Source: Octopus bimaculoides (lineage: Eukaryota). Taken from it: 64,000 nucleotides of DNA. The position numbers and the translations under genes are program-made. Positions within the stretch are counted from its first letter, which is position 1. Every line of letters starts with the position of its first letter. Below are positions 26,178-38,559 of the stretch, piece by piece. The stretch is taken from contig NC_068983.1 in NCBI RefSeq assembly GCF_001194135.2, forward strand, positions 9,418,542 through 9,482,541. The letters run 5' to 3'. Under the pieces are notes generated by a model that saw only the letters and a program-made list of their open reading frames with translations, made no database searches and was not told where the DNA came from.

Positions 26178-27214
26178 TAGTGTATGTATGTATGTATGTA
26201 TGTATATGTACATAATGCATACACACACACATACACGCACATATATATATGATTACGCGCACACATATGTGTGTGCATGATGCAGGTATACGTAAATACT
26301 TAAATATACACGAGAAATATATATACATACATATATACACTCTTCATGCGCACGAACCCACACACATATGTGTGTGTGTGTGTTTGTGTGCTTGCATTTA
26401 TATAAACTTATTTATGTGTATGTGTGTAGAGGGACGGTAGAGGTGAGTGGTAGAAAGAATAAAAACTAAAAGAATCAACTGAAAAAGATTTTATTTTTGT
26501 TGGTTTTTAAAACAAACTTTCTGCATTTCTTTGCATCTGCAAACGAAAGATAATTGTATAGAAAAGTTCCATGCATATATTTGATTCCTTTTTGTCTTTC
26601 GTTTCGCTGTTAAATATTTTTATTTCGTTTGTTTTATATGTCTTATTATTTATTTTTACTGTTATCCATTACTATATGATGTTTTGGCGTGTTTTACAAT
26701 ATTATCTTATGGTTTTCGAGACTGCACAATACGAGAGGAGTATTTTGAAGTTATTTTCTAAGACCATTTGCAGTCTGAGTTCGAATCCCTCGGAGGTCAA
26801 TTTTAATTCCTTTCATCCTTCTGCGTTCGATCAAATAGATAAAGGATAGTATCTGGAATCATTATAAATGACTTACCAACCGAAAATTTACATTTTTGTA
26901 TCTGATTTAAGTCCGTCGCCATTAATATTCACGTCTTAATGACTTCAGGTTCAAAATTCCACGAAATCATTTTTAAACATTACCCCACAAGTCTCTATAT
27001 ATAAAATACTAATTAAATTATTGTGTCAATTTAATCAGGTAACCTCCTCCACCAGACATGTGTTACGTGCCTATATAAGACACTATTGTGGCTTGGATCG
27101 TTATGTTTGTTGCCAAGTGGTTGGTGCACGAGTTTGATTGTGACATCAAATCAATTAGTTTATGATTTCTTACATTGGCACGAGGCAAGAAATAGGTTTG
27201 GCGGAGAATGTTCT

Positions 27215-27421
27215 TTCTAATACAGGCACAAGACCTGAAATTTGGAGAGAGGGGTAAGTCGATTATATCGACCCCAGTGTTCAAATGGTACTTATTTTAT
27301 CATCTCCAAAGAGTGAAAGGTAAAGTCCACACCGGCAGAATTTGTACTCAGAAATTAAAGACAGACGAAATGTCGCTCAGCATTTTGCACTGTGTGCTAA
27401 CGATTCTGCCAATTCACAGCC
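27215..27421 (-). mobile_element. Family B SINE
   Basis: gtcgattatatcgaccccagtg..tggtacttattttatc..gaaaggtaaagtc..gctaacgattctgcca is the reverse complement of family B. Confidence 0.85.
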
Positions 27422-27442
27422 TTAACAGCTAATAATAATAAT

Positions 27443-27494
<52 letters not shown>

Positions 27495-27497
<3 letters not shown>

Positions 27498-28050
27498 TAA
27501 CAACAGAAAAAAGATAAAATAACAACAGAAAAAAGATGGTATAAACACACGCCAGAAAAGGTCACAGAAAACGAGAAAGCAACCATACTCTGGGATATGC
27601 CAATACACACAGATAGAGAAATTAAGGCAAATAGACCAGATATAGTTGTCAAAGATCATGAAGAAAAAAAAAATGCTTTCTAATTGATGTATCAATACCA
27701 GCAGATGACAACGTTTCTCTAAAAGAAATGGAAAAACTTTCAAAATACAAAGACCTGGAAATAGAGATAACTCGAATGTGGAATCTAAAAACAGAAACAA
27801 TTCCTATCATAGTAGGTGCCTTAGGTATAATAAAAAAATATTCAGACAAATACATAACAAAAATACCAGGACTTACAAATATATATAATATACAGAAAAT
27901 TGCACTACTGGGTACTGCACACATTCTACGCAAAACACTTTCAATACAGTAAACATAAGAGCACCACAGCAAACCACAGCACATACCCAAGGCGCACAGA
28001 GCTGCGCTCGGTAGTGAAGTGAAAGCACGTTATAAAAATAAAACTACTGA
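27495..28050 (+). mobile_element. 5'-truncated R4/Dong-type non-LTR retrotransposon (RLE domain plus 3'UTR) inserted in (TAA)n
   Basis: KRWYKHTPEKVTENEKATILWDMPIHTDREIKANRPDIVVKD-(+1 in A-run ~27664-27673)-CFLIDVSIPADDNVSLKEMEKLSKYKDLEIEITRMW...GALG...GTAHILRKTLSIQ*; PD..D..K restriction-like endonuclease signature; (AAT)n on both sides. Confidence 0.9.
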
Positions 28051-28074
28051 ATAATAATAATAATAATAATAAAA

Positions 28075-28265
28075 AGTTTCTAATTTGGACACAAGGCCAG
28101 CAACTTTGACAGGAAAGAGAAGTCGATTCCAGTATTAGATTGGTATTTTATTTTTATCGATGCCGAGATGATGAAAGGCAAGGCTGAACTCGACTGTATG
28201 AGGACTCAGCCGGAAGAAATGCTGCTGCGCATTTTGTCCGACGCGTTAACGATTTTGCCAGCGCA
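28075..28265 (-). mobile_element. Degenerate family B SINE
   Basis: ggacacaaggccagcaa..ttatcga..gatgaaaggcaag..gttaacgattttgccagc. Confidence 0.7.
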
Positions 28266-28284
28266 ACACGTTGCCTTTTCATAA

Positions 28285-28480
28285 CAGATTCGACATGGCC
28301 TGCAATTTTAGCGGGAGGAGTTAAGTCGATTACATCAGCCCTAGTGCTTCACTGATACATATTTTTATCGCTCCCTAAGGAATGAGAGGCAAAGTTCAAT
28401 TCGGTAGGATTTGAACTCAGGAGGTAAAGACCTAGAGGAAATTATGCTAAGCATTTTCTTCTGCCAAGTTACCGTCATTA
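28285..28480 (-). mobile_element. Degenerate family B SINE
   Basis: gttaagtcgattacatc..tttttatcg..gaggcaaagt..ggatttgaactcag..gctaagcattt. Confidence 0.65.
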
Positions 28481-29779
28481 ATTCTGTCATTTACTCAAGG
28501 CAGGGCAGCTGGTGGAAAATATTAATCGAAGTCATCAACTTCAGCATTTGTCTGGTACTTGGTTTTCTTTATTTTTATCAGCTCTGCAACAAGAATGGTA
28601 AAAGTTTACTCTGTCTAATTGTACTCCCCACCCCACTCCTTACAAAAAAGTAGAGAGCTGAAAGATGTAACACACGTTAGGTTGTATGACGTTTTGACGA
28701 TTCTACCATTCCTTCGTATGCACGCCAGCATTAAGGAAAATTGCTAGAACTTGAAGATTAATATTAAATAACACTAAAACAGTGAAATTGTAATAAAATT
28801 ATATGAAACTTTATAAATCTATAAATTTGTTATTTATTTCTCGGTTCAAATTTTCTTACATCTTTCTATTTGATTTAAGAATAGTATAAAAAAAGACTAA
28901 GTTGAAAAAGTAAGCAAATGTGTGTGTGTGTTTATTTGTTTTCCATATTTTAGTAATTTATTTTTGTATTCAATTCAGTTTTTGCACGTGTTTGTATAAC
29001 TATGTTATAGCTATCAATCTACAGTGGGTGGTACAATTAGTAGAAGTCTAGAGTCAATGTGTTGCTGTATTTAATTTCGTGCATTTAAATTCCATGTCTA
29101 GATCCTGCTGGGTTTCACTTTGCCTTAGATTCAATTTTACGCGTTGGTGAAGTAATTACAAATCGTAATCTTGAGTTAGATATAATCGATTTCATACCTT
29201 TACCTCATATTATGTGATCAAATAACGAAGATCGACTCATGTTATGAAGCAATGAGTCAATTGGGTCTCTTTACTGGACTCTTCAATCGGTTACAAATAA
29301 CAGTCAGATCCCATGGAAATGTGAAGATATTACTTTTGATATATAAACGGTTCTAGACGACCATCGCCAGAGCTGAGGTCAACACGTACTGGAAATATAT
29401 GAAAATGGTGGTGGATGCACAAGGAACAAAATGGAGTGTAACGAATAGGTCAGGGTGGTTGAGTGGAGAAGATACTAAACAAGGAAGATTTCAGGAACGC
29501 AGGTCATTATAATGGCAATGGAAAAGACAGAAAAATGAGTCTGTATTCTTGAGGGCGTTTCTTTGGTTCATTGTATATTACATATATGGCAGTACCTGCC
29601 AGGTGGAGGAGCAGTCCTCTGTCGTAAAACTTAATTGTTGGGACTGAAAATCTTTCTGGCCCTCACGAGATGGGGAGCGCTCCCAGTTATGTTAAGGACG
29701 TGAATTCGCCAGGAGAGATCATTTAGCAAAATTCAGGTCCCTCAATAGGAATGGCGACGAAGGATTTATCTGAGTGCTC

Positions 29780-30045
29780 TCGAGTTCGATACGCTCGCAG
29801 TCTTCCATACTTATCAGTCCTCTTTCTCCATTTGCTTGCTTCATGTATAGGTGATCAGCGTCTGCACGTGGATGCATCGCTAGGAGCTTTCTTGACTTCC
29901 TGTCCATCTCCTTTAGTTCTGCCTCTGTCCACTTCAGGATGCTTGCGCCATACTGAACTACTGCGACTGCGCACCAGTTTATTGTCGAGATTATATTTCT
30001 GGCATTCAGCTTTTAAGCCAATATTTTTCTCAGTCGCACCGGATG
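29780..30045 (-). mobile_element. Old R4/Dong-type LINE RT thumb fragment
   Basis: RLRKILA*KLNARNIISTINWCAVAVVQYGASILKWTEAELKEMDRKSRKLLAMHPRADADHLYMKQANGERGLISMEDC, matching the HPxADxDRLY..GGRGL motif of R4/R2-type ORFs. Confidence 0.8.
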
Positions 30046-30106
30046 CACTGGAGTCGATGTAATCAATTCATTCCCACCTCTCCCAAGCTACCCTTATGGC
30101 AAAAAT

Positions 30107-30130
30107 TATTATTATCATTATCATTATTAC

Positions 30131-30199
<69 letters not shown>

Positions 30200-30272
30200 C
30201 ATTATAATTATTATTATTATTATTAATATTATTATCATCATCATCATTATCATCATTATTATTATTGTTATT
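30107..30272. repeat. (ATT/ATC)n microsatellite, also 27430-27494, 30830-30929, 32104-32185, 47956-48085, 52607-52730
   Basis: Direct inspection. Confidence 0.98.
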
Positions 30273-30830
30273 ATTGAGTGAGAGAGCAGTGCATGCCATC
30301 AAAGTGACACTGGGGTAAACTATAGGAAGCCCATTATACCCATCATGACTACCCATCTGATAAGGGTACACCAGGCACATGCATCACAACCACATGTGCG
30401 CGACATGGTGATCTCATATCAAGATAAACAGCGCATGACCTCGCAGGTGAGGCCCAGTTAGAATTTTCTTCAGGTCAAGTAGCATATCCCACTTAAAAGG
30501 TACCTGAATAAGGTTTGTTTAAGGATGTTGAGCAAAACAACCATGTTTCCAAAGGCGAATTATTCAAACCCTAAAGAATTCCTCTCAATACATGGCTATG
30601 ATGCTCCCCCACTACTTCTGCTCGTGATCAGAGATGCACATATCGTCAGCCACCAAGGGACATACTCAACTAGTTAAGGTCAAACAACTGACAAGCAAAT
30701 CTGTGGTATTAAGCAGAATATTTGTTGTAGCCCATCTTTTATACCAAGACAAAACAATGTACGTGATAACACTTCCATTCATTTAAGATGAGAAGCCATG
30801 AGAGCCACTGCCTGGTACTGCATCCGGGCA
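30273..30830 (-). mobile_element. Non-coding retroposon-like segment bounded by (ATT)n on both sides
   Basis: About 560 bp of complex sequence between two ATT/ATC arrays; on minus it ends ..ctctctcactc-(AAT)n like a LINE 3' tail; no long ORF seen. Confidence 0.5.
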
Positions 30831-30867
30831 TTTATTATTAATATCATCATCATCATCATCATCATCA

Positions 30868-30929
<62 letters not shown>

Positions 30930-31861
30930 NNNNNNNNNNNNNNNNNNNNNNNNNNNNNNNNNNNNNNNNNNNNNNNNNNNNNNNNNNNNNNNNNNNNNNN
31001 NNNNNNNNNNNNNNNNNNNNNNNNNNNNNNNNNNNNNNNNNNNNNNNNNNNNNNNNNNNNNNNNNNNNNNNNNNNNNNNNNNNNNNNNNNNNNNNNNNNN
31101 NNNNNNNNNNNNNNNNNNNNNNNNNNNNNNNNNNNNNNNNNNNNNNNNNNNNNNNNNNNNNNNNNNNNNNNNNNNNNNNNNNNNNNNNNNNNNNNNNNNN
31201 NNNNNNNNNNNNNNNNNNNNNNNNNNNNNNNNNNNNNNNNNNNNNNNNNNNNNNNNNNNNNNNNNNNNNNNNNNNNNNNNNNNNNNNNNNNNNNNNNNNN
31301 NNNNNNNNNNNNNNNNNNNNNNNNNNNNNNNNNNNNNNNNNNNNNNNNNNNNNNNNNNNNNNNNNNNNNNNNNNNNNNNNNNNNNNNNNNNNNNNNNNNN
31401 NNNNNNNNNNNNNNNNNNNNNNNNNNNNNNNNNNNNNNNNNNNNNNNNNNNNNNNNNNNNNNNNNNNNNNNNNNNNNNNNNNNNNNNNNNNNNNNNNNNN
31501 NNNNNNNNNNNNNNNNNNNNNNNNNNNNNNNNNNNNNNNNNNNNNNNNNNNNNNNNNNNNNNNNNNNNNNNNNNNNNNNNNNNNNNNNNNNNNNNNNNNN
31601 NNNNNNNNNNNNNNNNNNNNNNNNNNNNNNNNNNNNNNNNNNNNNNNNNNNNNNNNNNNNNNNNNNNNNNNNNNNNNNNNNNNNNNNNNNNNNNNNNNNN
31701 NNNNNNNNNNNNNNNNNNNNNNNNNNNNNNNNNNNNNNNNNNNNNNNNNNNNNNNNNNNNNNNNNNNNNNNNNNNNNNNNNNNNNNNNNNNNNNNNNNNN
31801 NNNNNNNNNNNNNNNNNNNNNNNNNNNNNNNNNNNNNNNNNNNNNNNNNNNNNNNNNNNNN

Positions 31862-32101
31862 AATATGTTGGCCTGGTAGTTCTTTTTAGGTAGGCATTGA
31901 TCTTGGGCTGCTATGATAAACCCCTCTGTTTCTGATTTCAATCCAGAGGCCATTAACCATTGGTGGGTAAGGGCTTTGTCAATATCTGCATTATTCGCTC
32001 TCTTTGGGTATTTGCCATTGAGAGGTTTTCCATGCCATTTTTCAGTCATAATAGCTAAGGCAGCAATTTTAGCACGGGTTTTCAAGCGCTTAGCTTTTTC
32101 T

Positions 32102-32103
<2 letters not shown>
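31862..32103 (-). mobile_element. 5'-truncated R4/Dong LINE starting in (TAA)n and running into the gap
   Basis: TEKAKRLKTRAK...EKWHGKPLNGKYPKRANNADIDKALTHQWLMASGLKSETEGFIIAAQDQCLP..NYQANI, the R4 segment preceding the CCHC finger. Confidence 0.85.
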
Positions 32104-32168
<65 letters not shown>

Positions 32169-32669
32169 CATAATCATTATTATTCATTTTCTTTATTAAG
32201 TACAAGTATGTGTGTACTCATTATTATTTTATTCAATTTTATTCAATTTTAGTAAAATCGAAGTATGTCTTTCACAATTCTAGAACGCATTGAACTTATT
32301 TTGTTTTCTAGAGTACACTATCATCACACACATCATAATTGTCTCAATCATAATCGCCAACAACCATCGCCAACAATCATCGCTCATCGTCTCCACCTTC
32401 ATCAATGTTCTGTCCATATTGTCTCTTATAGGAATATGAAGCAATCGCTTTAATCCATCATGTTTTCAGTAATGTGCACGTCCCTTGTGATATTATCCGT
32501 TAGTAACAAAGTAAATTATCGATCAATCATCAAATGATAGAACAATAATTGAACGATCTATATATATGTATATGTATACGCAGACATGTGTGTGGGGGTC
32601 TGTGTGTATTAATATATCTATATATCTACATGTCTGTGTTTGTGTGTGGCTGGGTATGTGTGTTTGTGT

Positions 32670-32670
<1 letters not shown>

Positions 32671-32727
<57 letters not shown>
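32671..32727. repeat. (GATA)n microsatellite, also ~63565-63640
   Basis: Direct inspection. Confidence 0.98.
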
Positions 32728-32728
<1 letters not shown>

Positions 32729-33161
32729 TGATCCATGTTCTGTGTTGCGTTATCTAATCTAGAAGGACGTGATAGATTTGTTTTACCAGCGCATTTCAAC
32801 ATCGCATAAATCCTGTTATAAGTTGTGATAAGTTTACAATTTAAAATATTCTCTATACGTGCCCCAGGCGCCTGATGATAGAAACCTCATCGCTTGCAAA
32901 GGGAGTACATCTCATTCTCCAATTTTTCTATTCTATTATTTTCTCAAGTGTTTCAATCAATGGAATAGATTATCAGCAACAAGTTTCTTTTTCTATTTTC
33001 TACATTTGATCATTTGAATCGATATACTTATTTCCGTCTGGTATTTATTTTATCGTTCCGTATCAGTTGAATCGCTTGCTAACATGACGGGAAACGTCAC
33101 AGCACAAACAGCGACGCTAGTTTTTGACAATCGTAAGCATGACAACATATATACACACAGT

Positions 33162-33197
<36 letters not shown>

Positions 33198-33424
33198 CAT
33201 ATCCAAACACTCATATACACACATACATACATGCGTGCATACATACATACATACATACATACATACATACATACATACATGACGTTATGTTCACATATAT
33301 TTTCGGATATGTTAATTTGACTGATATTTTCTGTATCCAAATCAGTTCACACAGCATAAATGATTGTCGATATTGTATGGTGCAATCATCAATTAAAGAT
33401 GTGATTTCCTCCATTCTTAGTTTT

Positions 33425-33589
33425 TGTTATGCCGACGCCCCCAAGCGAAGAAGAAGGATTGCCCAAGACATATAAATAGGGGTAGCCTGGCCGTAGTGAG
33501 GGGGTTGAGTAGCTGTTGAGTAGCCGTCGTGTAACGGTTGAGTAGAGATCATCCGAAGGTGCTAGATAGCAGTAGCTTGAGACATAACG
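33425..33589 (+). mobile_element. Solo LTR-like element, 165 bp
   Basis: TGTTATG...CATAAC(G) termini, TATAAATA box, 5-bp TSD GTTTT at 33420-33424 and 33590-33594; homologous to 34411-34575. Confidence 0.75.
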
Positions 33590-34048
33590 GTTTTTTAATT
33601 TATACTCCGAATTTCTTGAAAAATCTTGTAAACGATTTTGGATTTACTTGTCCTGCATGAGGAAGTACTTTGGATGTGTATTCTATTTGCACTTATTGGC
33701 ATCTGATTTAACCAAACGCCTTTAACGCTGAGTATTGCTTAGACAGCTGCCTGGAAATTTTAATCCCTTTTACTTATCGTGTATATATATATATATATNN
33801 NNNNNNNNNNNNNNNNNNNNNNNNNNNNNNNNNNNNNNNNNNNNNNNNNNNNNNNNNNNNNNNNNNNNNNNNNNNNNNNNNNNNNNNNNNNNNNNNNNNN
33901 NNNNNNNNNNNNNNNNNNNNNNNNNNNNNNNNNNNNNNNNNNNNNNNNNNNNNNNNNNNNNNNNNNNNNNNNNNNATATCTATATATATATATATATGTA
34001 TATAGACAAACACACACACACACACACAAATACATATATAAGGGGTTA

Positions 34049-34270
34049 TAAGGGAAGTGCTGAAAAATTCTCGGCTTTGGGTGACAGAAACTGCTGGAGG
34101 ATCAGTTAATTAAGATTCAATTCAACATATTCCACTCCCGAGGTTCACACATTAATTGCAGTGACCCTTCAGTTTTTCTAAGACCTGAACAGAACTCGGA
34201 AGGTTTGGCCTCCAAATAGGCTTTTGGTCATACCCTGAAAGCCAAGAACTTTTCAGCAACACCCTGTGTA
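34049..34270. mobile_element. Tc1/mariner-type MITE, followed by a further TIR fragment at ~34280-34325
   Basis: Imperfect TIRs gggaagtgctgaaaaattctcggcttt / aaagccaagaacttttcagcaacaccc, TA at both ends. Confidence 0.7.
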
Positions 34271-34410
34271 AATATATATCAGACGGGGTACTGAAAAGTT
34301 CCTAGATTTAAGGGTATCCTGAAAAGTATGTGTGTATGTACGCGCGCATGTATATATATGCGTACATTCATAGATACATACATGCCATACATACCTACAT
34401 GCATGCATAC

Positions 34411-34575
34411 TGTTGTGTCGACGCCCCCAGGCGGAGAAGTAGGATCTCCCATGACATATAAATAGAGGTAGTCTGGCCGTGGTAGAAGTGTTGAGTAGCA
34501 GTCGAACAGCAGTTGTGTAGCGGTTGAGAAGAGATCATCCGAAGGTGCTAGATAGCAGTAGCTTGAGACATAACA
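34411..34575 (+). mobile_element. Solo LTR-like element, 165 bp
   Basis: TGTTGTG...CATAACA termini, TATAAATA box, 5-bp TSD CATAC at 34406-34410 and 34576-34580. Confidence 0.8.
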
Positions 34576-34596
34576 CATACATACATACATACATAC

Positions 34597-34715
34597 AAAC
34601 ACTTTCCAGAAGTTTGTCATTTAAGTATACATGAGCATGTCTAGATATACAAGTGTATGCATGAGAAGACATACATGAAACAAAACATACAAAACTACAC
34701 GTATACATACATACA

Positions 34716-34749
<34 letters not shown>

Positions 34750-34845
34750 CATACAAAAATACGTTGTTGTTGATGTTGAAATTCCAATGAAGGAACCTTG
34801 GATCTAGGTTAGAAATCTTGAAATAAAACTGAATAATTACAGACA
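34597..34845 (+). mobile_element. Extreme 5'-truncated copy (last codons plus 3'UTR) of a (TACA)n-associated RLE LINE
   Basis: actttccagaagtttgtcatttaa...gatgttgaaattcca.tgaagga..gatctaggttagaaa..tcttgaaataaaactgaataa, homologous to 36258-36510; begins right after (TACA)n. Confidence 0.75.
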
Positions 34846-34849
34846 TATG

Positions 34850-36510
34850 GAATGCATTGCGAAAAACGGAAATAAAATCTAATAGGAAGGAATAAGTTGC
34901 AACTCTTTGTTCAAAGAAATACTGGTGGAACCTAAAACATAAAAACTTACGACCAAATTAAAATACAACAGTAAAACCATTCTCTGTCATAGAAATCCGC
35001 TACTCTTTTGATGCCAATGTGTAAAGAAAAATCCTGAAAAGGAATGTATTTACGGATTATTGATGAGAGTTTTCATCTCTAGTATCCAAGATACACACTC
35101 AGCATCATACCGTCATTGTTGGAGCTACAGGTTATATACCATCCCGCATAGAACAAGGCATAACTAAACTTGGATTTGTGAGGACAGGATGCAGCACTTT
35201 AATTGATTAGCCACTTATGGCTGCGATACCTAAAACCTTCAAAATCTGTGAAACGTTCTTAAGATTCAATGGATGAACACTTACACAAGCGACGATGACA
35301 GATTTTCTTTCTTTACAATATTGCCACCGGAAAGATGGCCATTCAAAAATAAACTACAAATTAGCAAAATTAGTTAACTTGGAAGGCAGCTCCTTGAGCA
35401 ACATTCTTTGTCTGATAACCTAGAATACATGCCCAAAGAATTCGCACGACTGTACTGCAACGTATCATCAGATGAAAGGATGAGCTTATATGAGCAGAAG
35501 ACTATGCATGGATATGTTAGTAGAAAGGTTCGTGATGATAGTGACATCGATCATCAAAGTAGCTTATCATGGACCAATAACCAGATTACTACCTCCCACT
35601 TTGAAGGGTATGCGTTTGCAATCCAGGAACAGGAAATATCAATCAAGTATCTGATGCACAAAAGGGACAGAGATGCAGGAAAAGCCGGAAAATGAGACAA
35701 CCGATGCAGACTTTGTAGAGTTCACACCGAAGATATCACCCACATCATAAGTAGTGATCCGAAACTGTCACCACGGTATTATCTACCGATGGGACACGAT
35801 GTAGCTAGGACGCTCTATAATGAAATGCGTCGGAAGGATAATCTTGAGGACAAAGAGGTAAGAACCCACGAAATGGTAAAAGCCATAACCACTCATAATA
35901 AAAAAGGAATCCTGGTGGAACGTACCGGTGAAGGCCTCAATAAAATGTAAGCAACAACACATCAGATATAATGATTGTGGATAGAGGCGAGAAACTGTGC
36001 ACAGTTGTGGAAAGTAGCTGCCCAGCGGATGTGAATATAAAGCTGAAGATCAGTGAAAAAGAGCAAACCTATTGCGAAATCTGCAGTTATTCTATCCAGA
36101 TTACAAGTTCGTGTTTATACCTGTAATTATTGGGGCCCTGGAATATGTAACACACTGCCTAAATACCAATCTTGAGAAATTAAGCTTCTCAAAATCAGAA
36201 AGGTGAAAGCAAATTCGAAAACTACAGATCTAATCTATCCCTGGAACTGTAAAATCTAAAACTTTCCAGAAGTTTATCATTTAAATGTATATGAGCATGT
36301 CTAGATATGCAACTATATGCATGAAAATACATACATAAAACATACACATCCGCACATACATACATACATACATACATACATCCATGCATACATACATACA
36401 TACAAAAAATACCCTGTTACTGATGTTGAAATTCCAGTGAAGGATCTAGGTTAGAAACCGGCACTTTCCCTATTAGCAACAAATCTTGAAATAAACTGAA
36501 TAATGACATA
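34850..36510 (+). mobile_element. Degraded R4-like RLE LINE (post-RT, CCHC, endonuclease, 3'UTR)
   Basis: YEQKTMHGYVSRKV..SSLSWT..TSHFEGYAFAIQEQEISIKYL..DNRCRLCRVHTEDITHIISS.P..DIMIVDRGEKLCTVVESSCPADVNIKLKISEKEQTY..IPVIIGAL; stops and frameshifts; ends gaataatgacataca. Confidence 0.85.
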
Positions 36511-37294
36511 CATATATACATAGTGTTTATTGATAACAGAAGCTACCACTACACAATTCACACTACTGAGACGTGCGGTTAATACCAAACATTATCAAAA
36601 ATATATTTTACTTTTCCGGCTAATAAAATATTGAATTTCAGGAAACACACTTGTCCCCTTCTTACATTTTCGTTTAGGTGCTATTTATTTATTTATTTAT
36701 TTATTTTCAATTTAAATCATTCATATCTTCTATTGGTATAATAAAATACAGCCGTTACTTCAAGCGATATATTTGTATATTTAATGGGACGAAATATCAT
36801 ATTTTACATTCCTTATTATTCGTTTCTATGAATCCGATATGTTGTTTACCATATTTACTCAGAGTGTATCCTGCTATTATATAGTATATTAGTCTATATT
36901 TTAATTTTTAAATTTCATCCATACAACATTGACACTTCAAATACCATCTCACCATAATTTCTGTATAAATTTTTTCACTGCAAATATTTTATGAGAATGC
37001 ACTTGAAATTTAATCAGTTGGATACATGGATGTACAATACATACATATATCAATTCATACATAAATAGATCCTTTATATACACATAATATATAGATGTGG
37101 TGGGGGGAACTTTACTGATATATACGGTCGTACATATATATATATATAATATATATANNNNNNNNNNNNNNNNNNNNNNNNNNNNNNNNNNNNNNNNNNN
37201 NNNNNNNNNNNNNNNNNNNNNNNNNNNNNNNNNNNNNNNNNNNNNNNNNNNNNNNNNNNNNNNNNNNNNNNNNNNNNNNNNNNNNNNNNNNNNN

Positions 37295-37341
<47 letters not shown>

Positions 37342-37704
37342 GTTTCAAGAACACTAGGCTTGCTTTGAAGTTTACGTAAATACGAAAAAATATTTTGTGC
37401 AAGTTCTTGAGAAATATTTTTGTTCAATTTATATCATGATAGACTTCAAATAGAAAAACAGTATTAAAAGGCCGTTTGCAAATTGATAACATTTCACGTA
37501 TAGGGCTTATGTTATAACGTATGAAAACTCGCAAGATTCAGTTTCATACTTTGTTTTTGTTTCGTTTTGTTGTTTTTCTTAAAAGTTAACCAGAAGTTAC
37601 GTACAATTTGATATGACATTTTCGGTATAGTTTCATAAGTTTGAGTTTCTTATATAAATAATAAATTTCGGAAACTATGGCAGCATGCTATATATTTGAG
37701 ATCG

Positions 37705-38165
37705 CTTTTCTTTTGCTTGTTTCAGTCGTTCGACTGCGGCCTTGTTGGGGCATCAGCTTGAATTGACCACAGAACTTATCGACCCGAGCCATACATCTAA
37801 TTTGCCGTGTCCTGCGAGACTGGAACAAAAACCACGTGGCTGCTAAGTGAAATAATTTATTGGACAATGAATAAAACTCCGCAGTTATTCTTTTAAAATC
37901 TGGTAGTTATATCGGTGTCTTTTACCGAATCGCTAAGTTGCGGGTACAAAAACAAACTAACACCGATTGTCGAGCGGTGGTTTGGGACAAACACGAAGAC
38001 ACACTCATACATATATATACCAGTGGCTTCTTTCAGTTTCCTTCTACTAAATCTGCTCACAAGGCTAATGTCAACCAGGATTATAGTTGAAGACAACCTG
38101 CCTAAGTTGACACGCAATAGAATTGAACCCAGGCCTCTGTAGTAGGAAAGCAAACTTCTTAAGGA
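37705..38165 (-). mobile_element. Degenerate family A SINE
   Basis: ttgtttcagtc..gactgcggcc tail; gcttctttcagtttcc..ctactaaatc.gctcacaaggct..aattgaaccc head. Confidence 0.75.
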
Positions 38166-38474
38166 AGTATAATCTCGTACATAGCTTCGGAGATCTCGAA
38201 AAGTAGCCGGCAAAACTCATATATCATTGACACGTGAAGTAAATTGTTCTTAACGATCCTACATCATGTCAATTTCTGAAGTATTAAAATTAAAATGAAT
38301 AAAACATTCTTTCATTTAAAAACAATAATTTCTTCGTTCTTTTATATCATAACCACTTTTGAAAAAGAAATTATTGAAGAAATTTAATGAAAACAGCGTA
38401 TAAAATTGATAAAAATCAAGAAATATTCACTCATATTATATTGATATAGTCGGAATGCTTAATAAAATGTGTAT

Positions 38475-38559
<85 letters not shown>

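Noticed and set aside
32872-32885. CTGATGA..GAAA hammerhead-like core (similar at ~22267)
   Set aside because: No room for stem II and no flanking stem I/III pairing found.
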